Assembly: GCF_964355755.1 (NCBI RefSeq)
Contig: NC_092672.1
Span: forward strand, 17,187,237-17,251,236
Length of the DNA: 64,000 nucleotides
Reading direction: 5' to 3'
Source of the DNA: Antedon mediterranea
Lineage: Eukaryota > Animalia > Echinodermata
In this document: in pieces, positions 11,165 to 25,400 of the stretch
Position numbering within the stretch: the stretch's first letter is position 1
How the letters are laid out: each line of letters begins with the position of its first letter
The notes under the pieces: model-generated
What the model was told of the DNA's origin: nothing
The model's database searches: none
Seen by the model: only the letters and a program-made list of their open reading frames with translations
Program-made: the position numbers and the translations under genes

Positions 11165-12016
11165 AACAAGTTAACAAGTTTTTTCGAAAATCACAAAATG
11201 GTCTAAAACGTCTCCAAATGCGATTTGAAGCTATTCTAAGAACTTTGGTGTTTTTATGTTAACAAGTTTTTTCGAAAATCACAAAATGGTCTAAAATGTC
11301 TCCAAATGCGATTTGAAGCTATTTTAAGCACTTTGGTGTTTTTGTGTAACCAAGTTTTTTCGAAAATTACAAAAGGGTCTAAAATGTCTCAAAATGCGAT
11401 TTGAAGCTATTCTAAGCACTTTTGTGTTTTTATGTTAACAAGTTTTTTCGAAAATCACAAAAGGGTCTAAAACGTCTCCAAATGCGATTTGAAGCTATTC
11501 TAAGCACTTTGGTGTTTTTATGTTAACAAGTTTTTTTCGAAAATCACAAAATGGTCTAAAATGTCTCCAAATGCGATTTGAAGCTATTCTTAGCAATTTG
11601 GTGTTTTTATGTTAAGTTTTTTCTAAAATCACAAAATGGTCTAAAACGTCTCCAAATGCGGTTTGAAGCAATTCTAAGCACTTTGGTGTTTTTATGTTAA
11701 CAAGTTTTTTCGAAAATCACAAAAGGTTCTAAAATGTCTCAAAATGCGATTTGAAGCTATTCTAAGCACTTTGGTGTTTTTATGTTAACAAGTTTTTTCG
11801 AAAATCCCAAAATGGTCTAAAATGTCTCAAAATGCGATTTGAAGCTATTATAAGCACTTCGGGGTTTTTATGTTAACAAGTTTTTTTCAAAATGACAAAA
11901 TGGTCTAAAACGTCTCCAAATGCAATTTTAAGCTATTCTGTACACTTTGATGTTTTTATGTCAACAAGTTTTTTCGAAAATCACAAAATGGTCTAAAACG
12001 TCTCCAAATGCGATTT
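11165..12016 (+). repeat. 88-bp tandem repeat, left arm (~10 copies)
   Basis: TTAACAAGTTTTTTCGAAAATCACAAAATGGTCTAAAACGTCTCCAAATGCGATTTGAAGCTATTCTAAGCACTTTGGTGTTTTTATG; period 11171 to 11259. Confidence 0.95.
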
Positions 12017-13220
12017 TAACATAAACACACCAAAGTGCTAAGAATAGCTTCAAATCGCATTTGGAGACGTTTAGACCATTTTGTGATTTTCAAAAAAATT
12101 TATTAACATAAAAACACCAAAGTGGTTAGAATATCTTCAAATCGCATTTGTAGACGTTTTAGACCATTTTGTGATTTTCGAAAAAACTTGTTAACATAAA
12201 ACCACCAAAGTGCTTAGAAAAGCTTCAAATCGCATTTTGAGACATTTTAGACCTTTTTGTGATTTTCGAAAAAACTTGGTTACACAAAAACACCAAAGTG
12301 CTAAAAATAGCTTCAAATCGCATTTGGAGACATTTTAAACTATTTTGTGATTTTCGAAAAAACTTGTTAACATAAAAACATCAAAGTGGTTAAAATCACA
12401 TTAGAAACCGTTTTAGACCATTTTGAGCATTTCGATGAAACTTTTCACACAAAAACATCAAAGAGCACAAAATAGCTTAATATCGTATTTAAAAACGTTT
12501 TTGACCATTTTGAGCATTTCGACAAAACTTGTTAACATAAAAACATCAAAGTGCTTAGAATAGCTTCAAATCGCATTTTGAGAAATTTTAGACCCTTTTG
12601 TGATTACCGAAAAAACTTGTTAAAATAAAAACACCAAAGTGCTAAGAATAGCTTCAAATCGCATTTGGAGACATTTTAGACCATTTTGTGATTTTTGAAA
12701 AAACTTGTTAACATAAAAACATCAAAGTGTACACAATAGCTTCAAATCGCATTTGGAGACGTTTTAGACCATTTTGTGATTTTCGAAAAAACTTGTTACC
12801 ATAAAAACACAAAAGTGCTTAGAATAGCTTCAAATCGCATTTGTAGAGGTTTTAGACCATTTTGTGATTTTCGAAAAAAATTGTTAACATAAAAACATCA
12901 AAGTGCTTAGAATAGCTTCAAATCGCATTTTGAGACATTTTAGACCCTTTTGTGATTATCGAAAAAACTTGTTAGCATTAAAACATCAAAGTGTACAGAA
13001 TAACTTCAAATCGCATTTGGAGACGTTTTAGACCATTTTGTGATTTTCGAAAAAATTTGTTAACATAAAAACACCAAAGTGCTTAGAATAGCTTAAAATC
13101 GCATTTTGAGACGTTTTAGACCATTTTGTCATTTTCGAAAAAACTTGTTGACATAAAAACATCAAAGTGTACAGAATAGCTTCAAATCGCATTTGGAGAC
13201 GTTTTAGACCCTTTTGTGAT
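12016..13220 (-). repeat. 88-bp tandem repeat, right arm in inverted orientation (~14 copies)
   Basis: Reverse complement of the left-arm monomer (AACATAAAAACACCAAAGTGCTTAGAATAGCTTCAAATCGCATTTGGAGAC...). Confidence 0.95.
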
Positions 13221-13366
13221 CAGCGAGAGAGCGATAGATCAGCGAGAAAGATATAGATCAGCGAGAGAGAGATATAGATCAGCGAGAAAGAGATAGATCA
13301 GTGAGAGAGAGATAGATCGGCGAGAGAGAGAGAGATATAGATCAGCGAGAGAGAGAGATAGAAAGA

Positions 13367-13413
<47 letters not shown>

Positions 13414-16400
13414 TCAGCGAGAGAGAGATAGATAGATCAGCGAGAGAGAGATAGATCAGCGAGAGAGAGATAGATAGATCAGCGAGAGAGAGAGAGATAG
13501 ATCAGCGAGAGAGAGATAGATAGATCAGCGACAGAGAGATAGATCAGCGACAGAGAGATAGATAGATCAGCGAGATAGAGATAGATCAGCGAGAGAGAGA
13601 TACGTCAGCGAGAGAGAGATAGATCAGCGAAAGAGAGATAGATCAGCGAGAGAGAGATAGATCAGCGACAAAGAGATAGATCAGCGAGAGAGAGATACAT
13701 CAGCGACAGAGAGATAGATCAGCGAGAGAGAGATAGTTCAGCGAGAGAGAGATAGATCAGCGAGAGAGATAGATCAGCGAGAGAGAGAGATAGATCAGCG
13801 AGAGAGAGATAGATCAGCGAGAGAGAGATAGATCAGCAAGAGAGAGATAGATCAGCGAGAGAGAGATAGATCAGCGAGAGAGAGATAAGTCAGCGAGAGA
13901 GAGATAGATCAGCGAAAGAGAGATAGATTAGCGAGAGAGATAGATCAGCGACAGAGAGATAGATCAGCGAGAGAGAGAGATAGATCAGCGACAGAGAGAT
14001 AGATCAGCGAGAGAGAGATAGTTCAGCGACAGAGAGATAGATCAACGAGAGAGATAGATCAGCGAGAGAGAGATAGATCAGCGAGAGAGAGATAGATCAG
14101 CGAGAGAGAGATAGATAAGCAAGAGAAAGATAGATCAGCGAGAGAGAGATAGATCAGCGAGAGAAATAGATCAGCGAGAGAGAGAAATAGATAGATCAGC
14201 GAGAGAGAGATAGATCAGCGAGAGAGAGATAGATAGATCAGCGAGAGAGAGATAGATCAGCGACAGAGAGATAGATAGATCAGCGAGAGAGAGATAGATC
14301 AGAGGGGGAGAGATAGATCAGCGAGAGAGAGATAGATCAGCGAGAGAGAGATAGATCAGCGAGAGAGAGATAGATCAGCGAGAGAGAGATAGATCAGCGA
14401 GAGAGAGATAGATCAGCGAGAGAGAGATAGATCAGCGAGAGAGATAGATCAGCGAGAGAGAGAGATAGATCAGCGAGAGAGAGAGAGAGAGAGAGATAGA
14501 TCAGCGAGAGAGATAGATCAGCGAGGGAGAGATAGATCAGCGAGAGAGAGAGAGAGATCAGCGAGAGAGGGATAGATCAGCGAGAGAGAGAGATAGATCA
14601 GCGAGAGAGAGATAGATCAGCGAGAGGGAGAGATAGATCAGCGAGAGAGATAGATCAGCGAGAGAGAGATAGATCAGCGAGAGAGAGATAGATCAGCGAG
14701 AGAGAGAGAGATTGATCAGGGAGAGAGAGACAGATCAGCGAGAGTGAGATAGATCAGCGAGAGAGAGATAGATCAGCGAGAGAGGGATAGATCAGCGAGA
14801 GAGAGAGATAGATCAGCGGGAGAGAGATAGATCAGCGAGAGAGAGATAGATCAGCGACAAAGAGATAGATCAGCGAGAGAGAGATACATCAGCGACAGAG
14901 AGATAGATCAGCGAGAGAGAGATAGTTCAGCGACAGAGAGATAGATCAGCGAGAGAGATAGATCAGCGAGAGAGAGAGATAGATCAGCGAGAGAGAGATA
15001 GATCAGCGAGAGAGAGATAGATCAGCAAGAGAGAGATAGATCAGCGAGAGAGAGATAGATCAGCGAGAGAGAGATAAGTCAGCGAGAGAGAGATAGATCA
15101 GCGAAAGAGAGATAGATTAGTGAGAGAGATAGATCAGCGACAGAGAGATAGATCCGCGAGAGAGAGAGATAGATCAGCGACAGAGAGATAGATCAGCGAG
15201 AGAGAGATAGTTCAGCGACAGAGAGATAGATCAACGAGAGAGATAGATCAGCGAGAGAGAGATAGATCAGCGAGAGAGAGATAGATCAGCGAGAGAGAGA
15301 TAGATAAGCAAGAGAAAGATAGATCAGCGAGAGAGAGATAGATCAGCGAGAGAAATAGATCAGCGAGAGAGAGAAATAGATAGATCAGCGAGAGAGAGAT
15401 AGATCAGCGAGAGAGAGATAGATAGATCAGCGAGAGAGAGATAGATCAGCGACAGAGAGATAGATAGATCAGCGAGAGAGAGATACATTAGCGAGAGAGA
15501 GATAGTTCAGCGAGAGAGAGATAGATCAGAGGGGGAGAGATAGATCAGCGAGAGAGAGATAGATCAGCGAGAGAGAGATAGATCAGCGAGAGAGAGATAG
15601 ATCAGCGAGAGAGAGATAGATCAGCGAGAGAGAGATAGATCAGCGAGAGAGATAGATCAGCGAGAGAGAGAGATAGATCAGCGAGAGAGAGAGAGAGAGA
15701 GATAGATCAGCGAGAGAGATAGATCAGCGAGGGAGAGATAGATCAGCGAGAGAGAGAGAGAGAGATCAGCGAGAGAGGGATAGATCAGCGAGAGAGAGAG
15801 ATAGATCAGCGAGAGAGAGATAGATCAGCGAGAGGGAGAGATAGATCAGCGAGAGAGATAGATCAGCGAGAGAGAGATAGATCAGCGAGAGAGAGAGAGA
15901 TGGATCAGCGAGAGAGAGATAGATCAGCGAGAGAGAGATAGATCAGCGAGAGAGAGATAGATCAGCGAGAGAGAGATAGATCAGCGAGAGAGAGATAGAT
16001 CAGCGAGAGAGATAGATCAGCGAGAGAGAGATAGATAGATCAGCGAGAGAGAGATAGATAGATCAGCGAGAGAGAGATAGATAGATCAGCGATAGAGAGA
16101 TAGATCAGCGAGAGAGAGATAGATCAGCGAGAGAGAGATAGATCAGCGAGAGAGATAGATCAGCGAGAGAGAGATAGATCAGCGAGCGAGAGATAGATCA
16201 GCGAGAGAGAGAGATAGATCAGGGAGAGAGAGATAGATCAGCGAGTGTGACATAGATCAGCGAGAGAGAGATAGATCAGCGAGAGAGGGATAGATCAGCG
16301 AGAGAGAGAGATAGATCAGCGAGAGAGAGATAGATCAGCGAGAGAGAGAGATAGATCAGCAAGAGAGAGAGAGAGATAGATCAGCGAGAAAGATAGATCA

Positions 16401-19400
16401 GCGAGAGAGAGATAGATCAGCGAGAGAGAGATAGATCAGCGAGAGAGAGAGATAGATCAGCGAGAGAGAGATAGATCAGCGAGAGAGAGATATATTAGCG
16501 AGAGAGAGAGATAGATAGATCAGCGAGAGAGAGATAGATAGATCAGCGAGAGAGAGATAGATAGATCAGCGAGAGAGAGATAGATAGATCAGCGATAGAG
16601 AGATAGATCAGCGAGAGAGAGAGATAGATCAGCGAGAGAGAGAGATACATCAGCGAGAGTGAGATAAATCAGCGAGAGTGAGATAGATCAGCGAGAGAGA
16701 GATAGATCAGCAAGACAGATAGATCAGCGAGAGAGAGAGATAGATCAGCGAGAGAAAGATAGATCAGCGAGAGAGAGAGATAGATCAGCGACAGAGAGAT
16801 AGATAGATCAGAGACAGAGAGATATATCAGTGACAGATAGATAGATAGATCAGCGAGAGAGAGATAGATCAGCGAGAGAGAGAGAGATAGATCAGCGAGA
16901 GAGATAGATCAGCGAGAGAGAGAGAGATAGATCAGCGAGAGAGAGATAGATCAGCGAGAGAGAGAGATAGATCAGCGAGAGAGAGATAGATCAGCGACAG
17001 AGAGATAGATCAGCGAGACAGAGATAGATCAGCGAGAGAGAGATAGATCAGAGAGAGAGAGATAGACCAGCGAGAGAAAGAGATAGGTCAGCGAGAGAGA
17101 GAGATAGATAGATCAGCGACAGAGAGATAGATCAGCGACAGAGAGATAGATAGATCAGCGATAGAGAGATAGATCAGCGAGAGAGAGATACATCAGCGAG
17201 AGTAAGATAGATTAGCGAGAGTGAGATAGATCAGCGAGAGAGAGATAGGTCAGCGAGAGAGATAGATCAGCGAGAGAGAGAGAGATAGATCAGCGAGAGA
17301 GAGAGATAGATCAGCGAGAGAAAGATAGATCAGCGAGAGAGAGAGATAGATCAGCGACAGAGAGATAGATAGATCAGCGACAGAGAGATATATCAGTGAC
17401 AGATAGATAGATAGATCATCAGCGAGAGAGAGATAGATCAGCGAGAGATAGAGAGATAGATCAGCGAGAGAGATAGATCAGCGAGAGAGAGATAGATCAG
17501 CGAGAGAGAGATAGATCAGCGAGAGAGAGAGATAGATCAGCGAGAGAGAAATAGATCAGCGAGAGAGAGATAGATCAGCGAGAGAGAGATAGATCAGCGA
17601 GAGAGAGATAGATCAGCGAGAGAGAGATAGACCAGCGAGAGAGAGATAGATCAGCGAGAGAGAGATAGATCAGCGAGAGAGATAGATCAGCGAGAGAGAG
17701 ATAGATCAGCGAGAGAGAGATAGATCAGCGAGAGAGATAGATCAGAGAGAGAGAGATAGATCAGCGAGAGAGAGATAGATCAGCAAGAGAGAGAGAGATA
17801 GATCAGCGAGAGAGAGATAGATCAGCGAGAGAGAGATAGATCAGCGAGAGAGAGAGATAGATCAGCGAGAGAGAGATAGATCAGCGAGAGAGAGATAGAT
17901 CAGCGAGAGAGAGAGATAGATCAGCGAGAGAAAGAGATAGATAGATCAGCGAGAGAGAGATAGATAGATCAGCGAGAGAGAGATAGATAGATCAGCGATA
18001 GAGTGATAGATCAGCGAGAGAGAGAGATAGATCAGCGAGAGAGAGATACATCAGCGAGAATGAGATAGATCAGCGAGAGTGAGATAGATCAGCGAAAGAG
18101 AGATAGATCAGCAAGACAGATAGATCAGCGAGAGAGAGAGATAGATCAGCGAGAGAAAGATAGATCAGCGAGAGAGAGAAATAGATCAGCGACAGAGAGA
18201 TAGATAGATCAGAGACAGAGAGATATATCAGTGACAGATAGATAGATAGATCAGCGAGAGAGAGATAGATCAGCGAGAGAGAGAGAAAGATAGATCAGCG
18301 AGAGAGATAGATCAGCGAGAAAGAGATAGATCAGTGAGAGAGAGAGATAGATCAGCGAGAGAGAGATAGATCAGCGAGAGAGAGAGATAGATCAGCGAGA
18401 GAGAGATAGATCAGCGAGAGAGAGATAGATCAGCGAGAGAGAGATAGATCAGCGAGAGAGAGATACATAAGCGAGAATGAGATAGATCAGCGAGAGTGAG
18501 ATAGATCAGCGAAAGAGAGATAGATCAGCAAGACAGATAGATCAGCGAGAGAGAGAGAGATAGATCAGCGAGAGAAAGATAGATCAGCGAGAGAGAGAAA
18601 TAGATCAGCGACAGAGAGATAGATAGATCAGAGACAGAGAGATATATCAGTGACAGATAGATAGATAGATCAGCGAGAGAGAGATAGATCAGCGAGAGAG
18701 ATAGATCAGCGAGAGAGAGATAGATCAGTGAGAGAGAGAGATAGATCAGCGAGAGAGAGATAGATCAGCGACAGAGAGATAGATCAGCGAGAAAAAGATA
18801 GATCAGCGAGAGAGAGATAGATCAGAGAGAGAGAGAGATAGACCAGCGAGAGAGAGATAGATCAGCGAGAGAGAGATAGATAGATCAGCGAGAGAGAGAT
18901 AGATCAGCGAGAGAGAGAGATAGATAGATCAGCGAGAGAGAGATAGATCAGCGACAGAGAGATAGATAGATCAGCGATAGAGAGATAGATCAGCGAGAGA
19001 GAGAGATATATCAGCGAGAGAGAGATACATCAGCGAGAGTGAGATAGATTAGCGAGAGTGAGATAGATCAGCGAGAGAGAGATAGATCAGCGAGAGAGAT
19101 AGATCAGCGAGAGAGAGAGAGATAGATCAGCGAGAGAGAGAGAGAGATAGATCAGCGAGAGAAAGATAGATCAGCGAGAGAGAGAGATAGATCAGCGAAA
19201 GAGAGATAGATAGATCAGCGACAGAGAGATATATCAGTGACAGATAGAAAGATAGATCATCATCGAGAGAGAGATAGATCAGCGACAGAGAGAGAGATAG
19301 ATCAGCGAGAGAGATAGATCAGCGAGAGAGAGATAGATCAGCGAGAGAGAGATAGATCAGTGAGAGAGAGAGATAGATCAGCGAGAGAGAGAGATAGATC

Positions 19401-22400
19401 AGCGAGAGAGAGATAGATCAGCGAGAGAGAGATAGATCAGCGAGAGAGAGATAGATCAGCGAGAGAGAGATAGATCAGCGAGAGAGAGATAGATCAGTGA
19501 GAGAGAGAGATAGATCAGCGAGAGAGAGATAGATCAGCGAGAGAGAGATAGATCAGCGAGAGAGAGATAGATCAGCGAGAGAGATAGATCAGCGAGAGAG
19601 AGATAGATCAGCGAGAGAGAGATAGATCAGCGAGGGAGAGATAGATCAGCAAGAGAGAGAGAGATAGATCAGCGAGAGAGAGATAGATCAGCGAGAGAGA
19701 GATAGATCAGCGAGAGAGAGATAGATCAGCGAGAGAGAGAGATAGATCAGCGAGAGAGAGATAGATCAGCGAGAGAGAGGGAGATCAGCGAGAGAGAGAT
19801 AGATCAGCGAGAGAGAGAGAGAGATAGATAGATAAGCGAGAGAGAGATAGATAGATCAGCGATAGAGAGATAGATCAGCGAGAGAGAGAGATAGATCAGC
19901 GAGAGAGAGATACATCAGCGAGAATGAGATAGATCAGCGAGAGTGAGATAGATCAGCGAGAGAGAGATAGATCAGCAAGACAGATAGATCAGCGAGAGAG
20001 AGAGATAGATCAGCGAGAGAAAGATAGATCAGCGAGAGAGAGAGATAGATCAGCGACAGAGAGATAGATAGATCAGAGACAGAGAGATATATCAGTGACA
20101 GATAGATAGATAGATCAGCGAGAGAGAGATAGATCAGCGAGAGAGAGAGAGATAGATCAGCGAGAGAGATAGATCAGCGAGAGAGAGAGATAGATCAGCG
20201 AGAGAGAGATAGATCAGTGAGAAAGAGAGAGATAGATCAGCGAGAGACAGATAGATCAGCGACAGAGAGATAGATCAGCGAGAGAGAGATAGATCAGCGA
20301 GAGAGAGATAGATCAGAGGAAGAGAGATAGACCAGCGAGAGAGAGATAGATCAGCGAGAGAGAGATAGATAGATCAGCGAGAGAGAGATAGATCAGCGAG
20401 AGAGATAGATTGATCAGCGATAGAGAGATAGATCAGCGAGAGAGAGAGATAGATCAGCGAGAGAGAGATACATCAGCGAGAGTGAGATAGATTAGCGAGA
20501 GTGAGATAGATCAGCGAGAGAGAGATAGATCAGCGAGAGAGATAGATCAGCGAGAGAGATAGATCAGCGAGAGAGAGAGATAGATCAGCGAGAGAGAGAG
20601 AGATAGATCAGCGAGAGAAAGATAGATCAGCGAGAGAGAGATAGATCAGCGACAGAGAGATAGATAGATCAGCGACAGAGAGATATATCAGTGACAGATA
20701 GATAGATAGATAGATCATCAGCGAGAGAGAGATAGATCAGCGAGAGAGAGAGATAGATCAGCGAGAGAGATAGATCAGCGAGAGAGAGATAGATCATGAG
20801 AGAGAGATTGATCAGCGAGAGAGAGAGATAGATCAGCGAGAGAGAGATAGATCAGCGAGAGAGAGATAGATCAGCAAGAGAGAGATAGACCAGCGAGAGA
20901 GAGATAGATCAGCGAGAGAGAGATAGATCAGCGAGAGAGAGATAGATCAGCGAGAGAGATAGATCAGCGAGAGAGAGATAGATCAGCGAGAGAGAGATAG
21001 ATCAGCAAGAGAGAGATAGATCAGCGAGAGAGAGAGAGATAGATCAGCGAGAGAGAGATAGATAGATCAGCGAGAGAGAGATATATCAGCGAGAGAGAGA
21101 TAGATAGATCAGCGAAAGAGAGAGATAGATAGATCAGCGAGAGAGAGATAGATAGATCAGCGAGAGAGAGATAGATCAGCGAGAGAGAGATAGATCAGCG
21201 AGAGAGAGAGAGAGAGAGATAGATCAGGGAGAGAGAGATAGATCAGCGAGAGTGAGTTAGATCAGCGAGAGAGAGATAGATCAGCGAGAGAGAGATAGAT
21301 CAGCGAGAGAGGGATAGATCAGCGAGAGAGAGAGAGATAGATCAGCGAGAGAGAGATAGATCAGCAAGAGAGAGAGAGATGGATCAGCGAGAAAGAGATA
21401 GATCAGCGAGAGAGAGATAGATCAGCGAGAGAGAGAGAGATAGATCAGCGAGAGAGAGATAGATCAGCGAGAGAGATAGATCAGCGAGAGAGAGATAGAT
21501 AGATCAGCGAGAGAGAGAGAGATAGATAGATCAGCGATAGAGAGATAGATCAGCGAGAGAGAGATAGATCAGCGAGAGAGAGATAGATCAGCGAGAGAGA
21601 TAGATCAGCGAGAGATAGAGATATATCAGCGATAGAGAGAAAGATAGATCAGCAAGAGAGAGATAGATCAGCGAGAGAGAGATAGATCAGCGAGAGAGAG
21701 ATAGATCAGCGAGAGAGAGAGAGATATATCAGCGAGAGAGAGATAGATCAGCGAGAGAGAGAGATAGATCAGAGAGAGAGAGATAGATCAGCGAGAGAGA
21801 GATAGATCAGCGAGAGAGAGAGATAGATCAGCGAGAGAGAGATAGATCAGCGAGAGAGATAGATAGATCAGCGAGAGAGAGATAGATCAGCGAGAGAGAG
21901 ATAGATCAACGAGAGAAAGATAGATCAGCGAGAGAGAGAGATAGATCAGCGAGAAAGAGATAGATCAGCGAGAGAGAGATAGATCAGCGAGAGAGAGATA
22001 GATCAGCGAGAGAGAGATATATAGATCAGCGTAAGAGAGATTTATAGATCAGCGAGAGAGAGATAGATAGATCAGCGAGAGAGAGATAGATCAGCGACAG
22101 AGAGATAGATAGATCAGCGAGAGAGAGAGATAGATCAGCGAGAGAGAGATAGATCAGCAAGAGAGAGAGAGATAGATCAGCGAGAGAGAGATAGATCAGC
22201 GAGAGAGAGATAGATCAGCGAGAGAGAGAGATAGATCAGCGAGAGAGAGATAGATCAGCGAGAGAGAGATAGATCAGCGAGAGAGAGATAGATCAGCGAG
22301 AGAAAGAGATAGATAGATCAGCGAGAGAGAGATAGATAGATCAGCGAGAGAGAGATAGATAGATCAGCGATAGAGAGATAGATCAGCGAGAGAGAGAGAT

Positions 22401-25400
22401 AGATCAGCGAGAGAGAGATACATCAGCGAGAATGAGATAGATCAGCGAGAGTGAGATAGATCAGCGAAAGAGAGATAGATCAGCAAGACAGATAGATCAG
22501 CGAGATAGAGAGATAGATCAGCGAGAGAAAGATAGATCAGCGAGAGAGAGAAATAGATCAGCGACAGAGAGATAGATAGATCAGAGACAGAGAGATATAT
22601 CAGTGACAGATAGATAGATAGATCAGCGAGAGAGAGATAGATCAGCGAGAGAGAGAGAAAGATAGATCAGCGAGAGAGATAGATCAGCGAGAGAGAGATA
22701 GATCAGTGAGAGAGAGAGATAGATCAGCGAGAGAGAGATAGATCAGCGAGAGAGAGATAGATCAGCGAGAGAGAGAGATAGATCAGCGAGAGAGAGATAG
22801 ATCAGCGAGAGAGAGATAGATCAGCGAGAGAGAGATAGATCAGCGAGAGAAAGAGATAGATAGATCAGCGAGAGAGAGATAGATAGATCAGCGAGAGAGA
22901 GATAGATAGATCAGCGATAGAGAGATAGATCAGCGAGAGAGAGAGATAGATCAGCGAGAGAGAGATACATAAGCGAGAATGAGATAGATCAGCGAGAGTG
23001 AGATAGATCAGCGAAAGAGAGATAGATCAGCAAGACAGATAGATCAGCGAGAGAGAGAGAGATAGATCAGCGAGAGAAAGATAGATCAGCGAGAGAGAGA
23101 AATAGATCAGCGACAGAGAGATAGATAGATCAGAGACAGAGAGATATATCAGTGACAGATAGATAGATAGATCAGCGAGAGAGAGATAGATCAGCGAGAG
23201 AGAGAGAGAGAGAGAGAGATAGATAAGCGAGAGAGATAGATCAGCGAGAGAGAGATAGATCAGTGAGAGAGAGATATAGATCAGCGAGAGAGAGATAGAT
23301 CAGCGACAGAGAGATAGATCAGCGAGAGAAAGATAGATCAGCGAGAGAGAGATAGATCAGAGAGAGAGAGAGATAGACCAGCGAGAGAGAGATAGATCAG
23401 CGAGAGAGAGATAGATAGATCAGCGAGAGAGAGATAGATCAGCGAGAGAGAGAGATAGATAGATCAGCGAGAGAGAGATAGATCAGCGACAGAGAGATAG
23501 ATAGATCAGCGATAGAGAGATAGATCAGCGAGAGAGAGAGATATATCAGCGAGAGAGAGATACATCAGCGAGAGTGAGATAGATTAGCGAGAGTGAGATA
23601 GATCAGCGAGAGAGAGATAGATCAGCGAGAGAGATAGATCAGCGAGAGAGAGAGAGATAGATCAGCGAGAGAGAGAGAGAGATAGATCAGCGAGAGAAAG
23701 ATAGATCAGCGAGAGAGAGAGATAGATCAGCGAAAGAGAGATAGATAGATCAGCGACAGAGAGATATATCAGTGACAGATAGAAAGATAGATCATCATCG
23801 AGAGAGAGATAGATCAGCGACAGAGAGAGAGATAGATCAGCGAGAGAGAGATAGATCAGTGAGAGAGAGAGATAGATCAGTGAGAGAGAGATAGATCAGC
23901 GAGAGAGAGATAGATCAGCGAGAGAGAGATAGATCAGCGAGAGAGAGATAGATCAGCGAGAGAGAGGTAGATCAGCGAGAGAGAGATAGATCAGTGAGAG
24001 AGAGAGATAGATCAGCGAGAGAGAGATAGATCAGCGAGAGAGAGATAGATCAGCGAGAGAGAGATAGATCAGCGAGAGAGATAGATCAGCGAGAGAGAGA
24101 TAGATCAGCGAGAGAGAGATAGATCAGCGAGAGAGAGATAGATCAGCAAGAGAGAGAGAGATAGATCAGCGAGAGAGAGATAGATCAGCGAGAGAGAGAT
24201 AGATCAGCGAGAGAGAGATAGATCAGCGAGAGAGAGAGATAGATCAGCGAGAGAGAGATAGATCAGCGAGAGAGAGGGAGATCAGCGAGAGAGAGATAGA
24301 TCAGCGAGAGAGAGAGAGAGATAGATAGATAAGCGAGAGAGAGAGAGATAGATCAGCGAGAGAAAGATAGATCAGCGAGAGAGAGATAGATCAGCGAGAG
24401 AGAGATAGATAGATCAGCGATAGAGAGATAGATCAGCGAGAGAGAGAGATAGATCAGCGAGAGAGAGATACATCAGCGAGAATGAGATAGATCAGCGAGA
24501 GTGAGATAGATCAGCGAGAGAGAGATAGATCAGCAAGACAGATAGATCAGCGAGAGAGAGAGATAGATCAGCGAGAGAAAGATAGATCAGCGAGAGAGAG
24601 AGATAGATCAGCGACAGAGAGATAGATAGATCAGAGACAGAGAGATATATCAGTGACAGATAGATAGATAGATCAGCGAGAGAGAGATAGATCAGCGAGA
24701 GAGAGAGAGAGATAGATCAGCGAGAGAGATAGATCAGCGAGAGAGAGAGATAGATCAGCGAGAGAGAGATAGATCAGTGAGAAAGAGAGAGATAGATCAG
24801 CGAGAGACAGATAGATCAGCGACAGAGAGATAGATCAGCGAGAGAGAGATAGATCAGCGAGAGAGAGATAGATCAGAGGAAGAGAGATAGACCAGCGAGA
24901 GAGAGATAGATCAGCGAGAGAGAGATAGATAGATCAGCGAGAGAAAGATAGATCAGCGAGAGAGAGATAGATAGATCAGCGATAGAGAGATAGATCAGCG
25001 AGAGAGAGAGATAGATCAGCGAGAGAGAGATACATCAGCGAGAGTGAGATAGATTAGCGAGAGTGAGATAGATCAGCGAGAGAGAGATAGATCAGCGAGA
25101 GAGATAGATCAGCGAGAGAGATAGATCAGCGAGAGAGAGAGAGATAGATCAGCGAGAGAGAGAGAGATAGATCAGCGAGAGAAAGATAGATCAGCGAGAG
25201 AGAGAGATTGATCAGCGACAGAGAGATAGATAGATCAGCGACAGAGAGATATATCAGTGACAGATAGATAGATAGATAGATCATCAGCGAGAGAGAGATA
25301 GATCAGCGAGAGAGAGAGATAGATCAGCGAGAGAGATAGATCAGCGAGAAAGAGATAGATCATGAGAGAGAGATTGATCAGCGAGAGAGAGAGATAGATC

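Noticed and set aside
11165-13220. CRISPR-like array
   Set aside because: Monomers are contiguous with no unique spacers, there are no cas genes, and the context is eukaryotic. The same applies to the 260-bp array.
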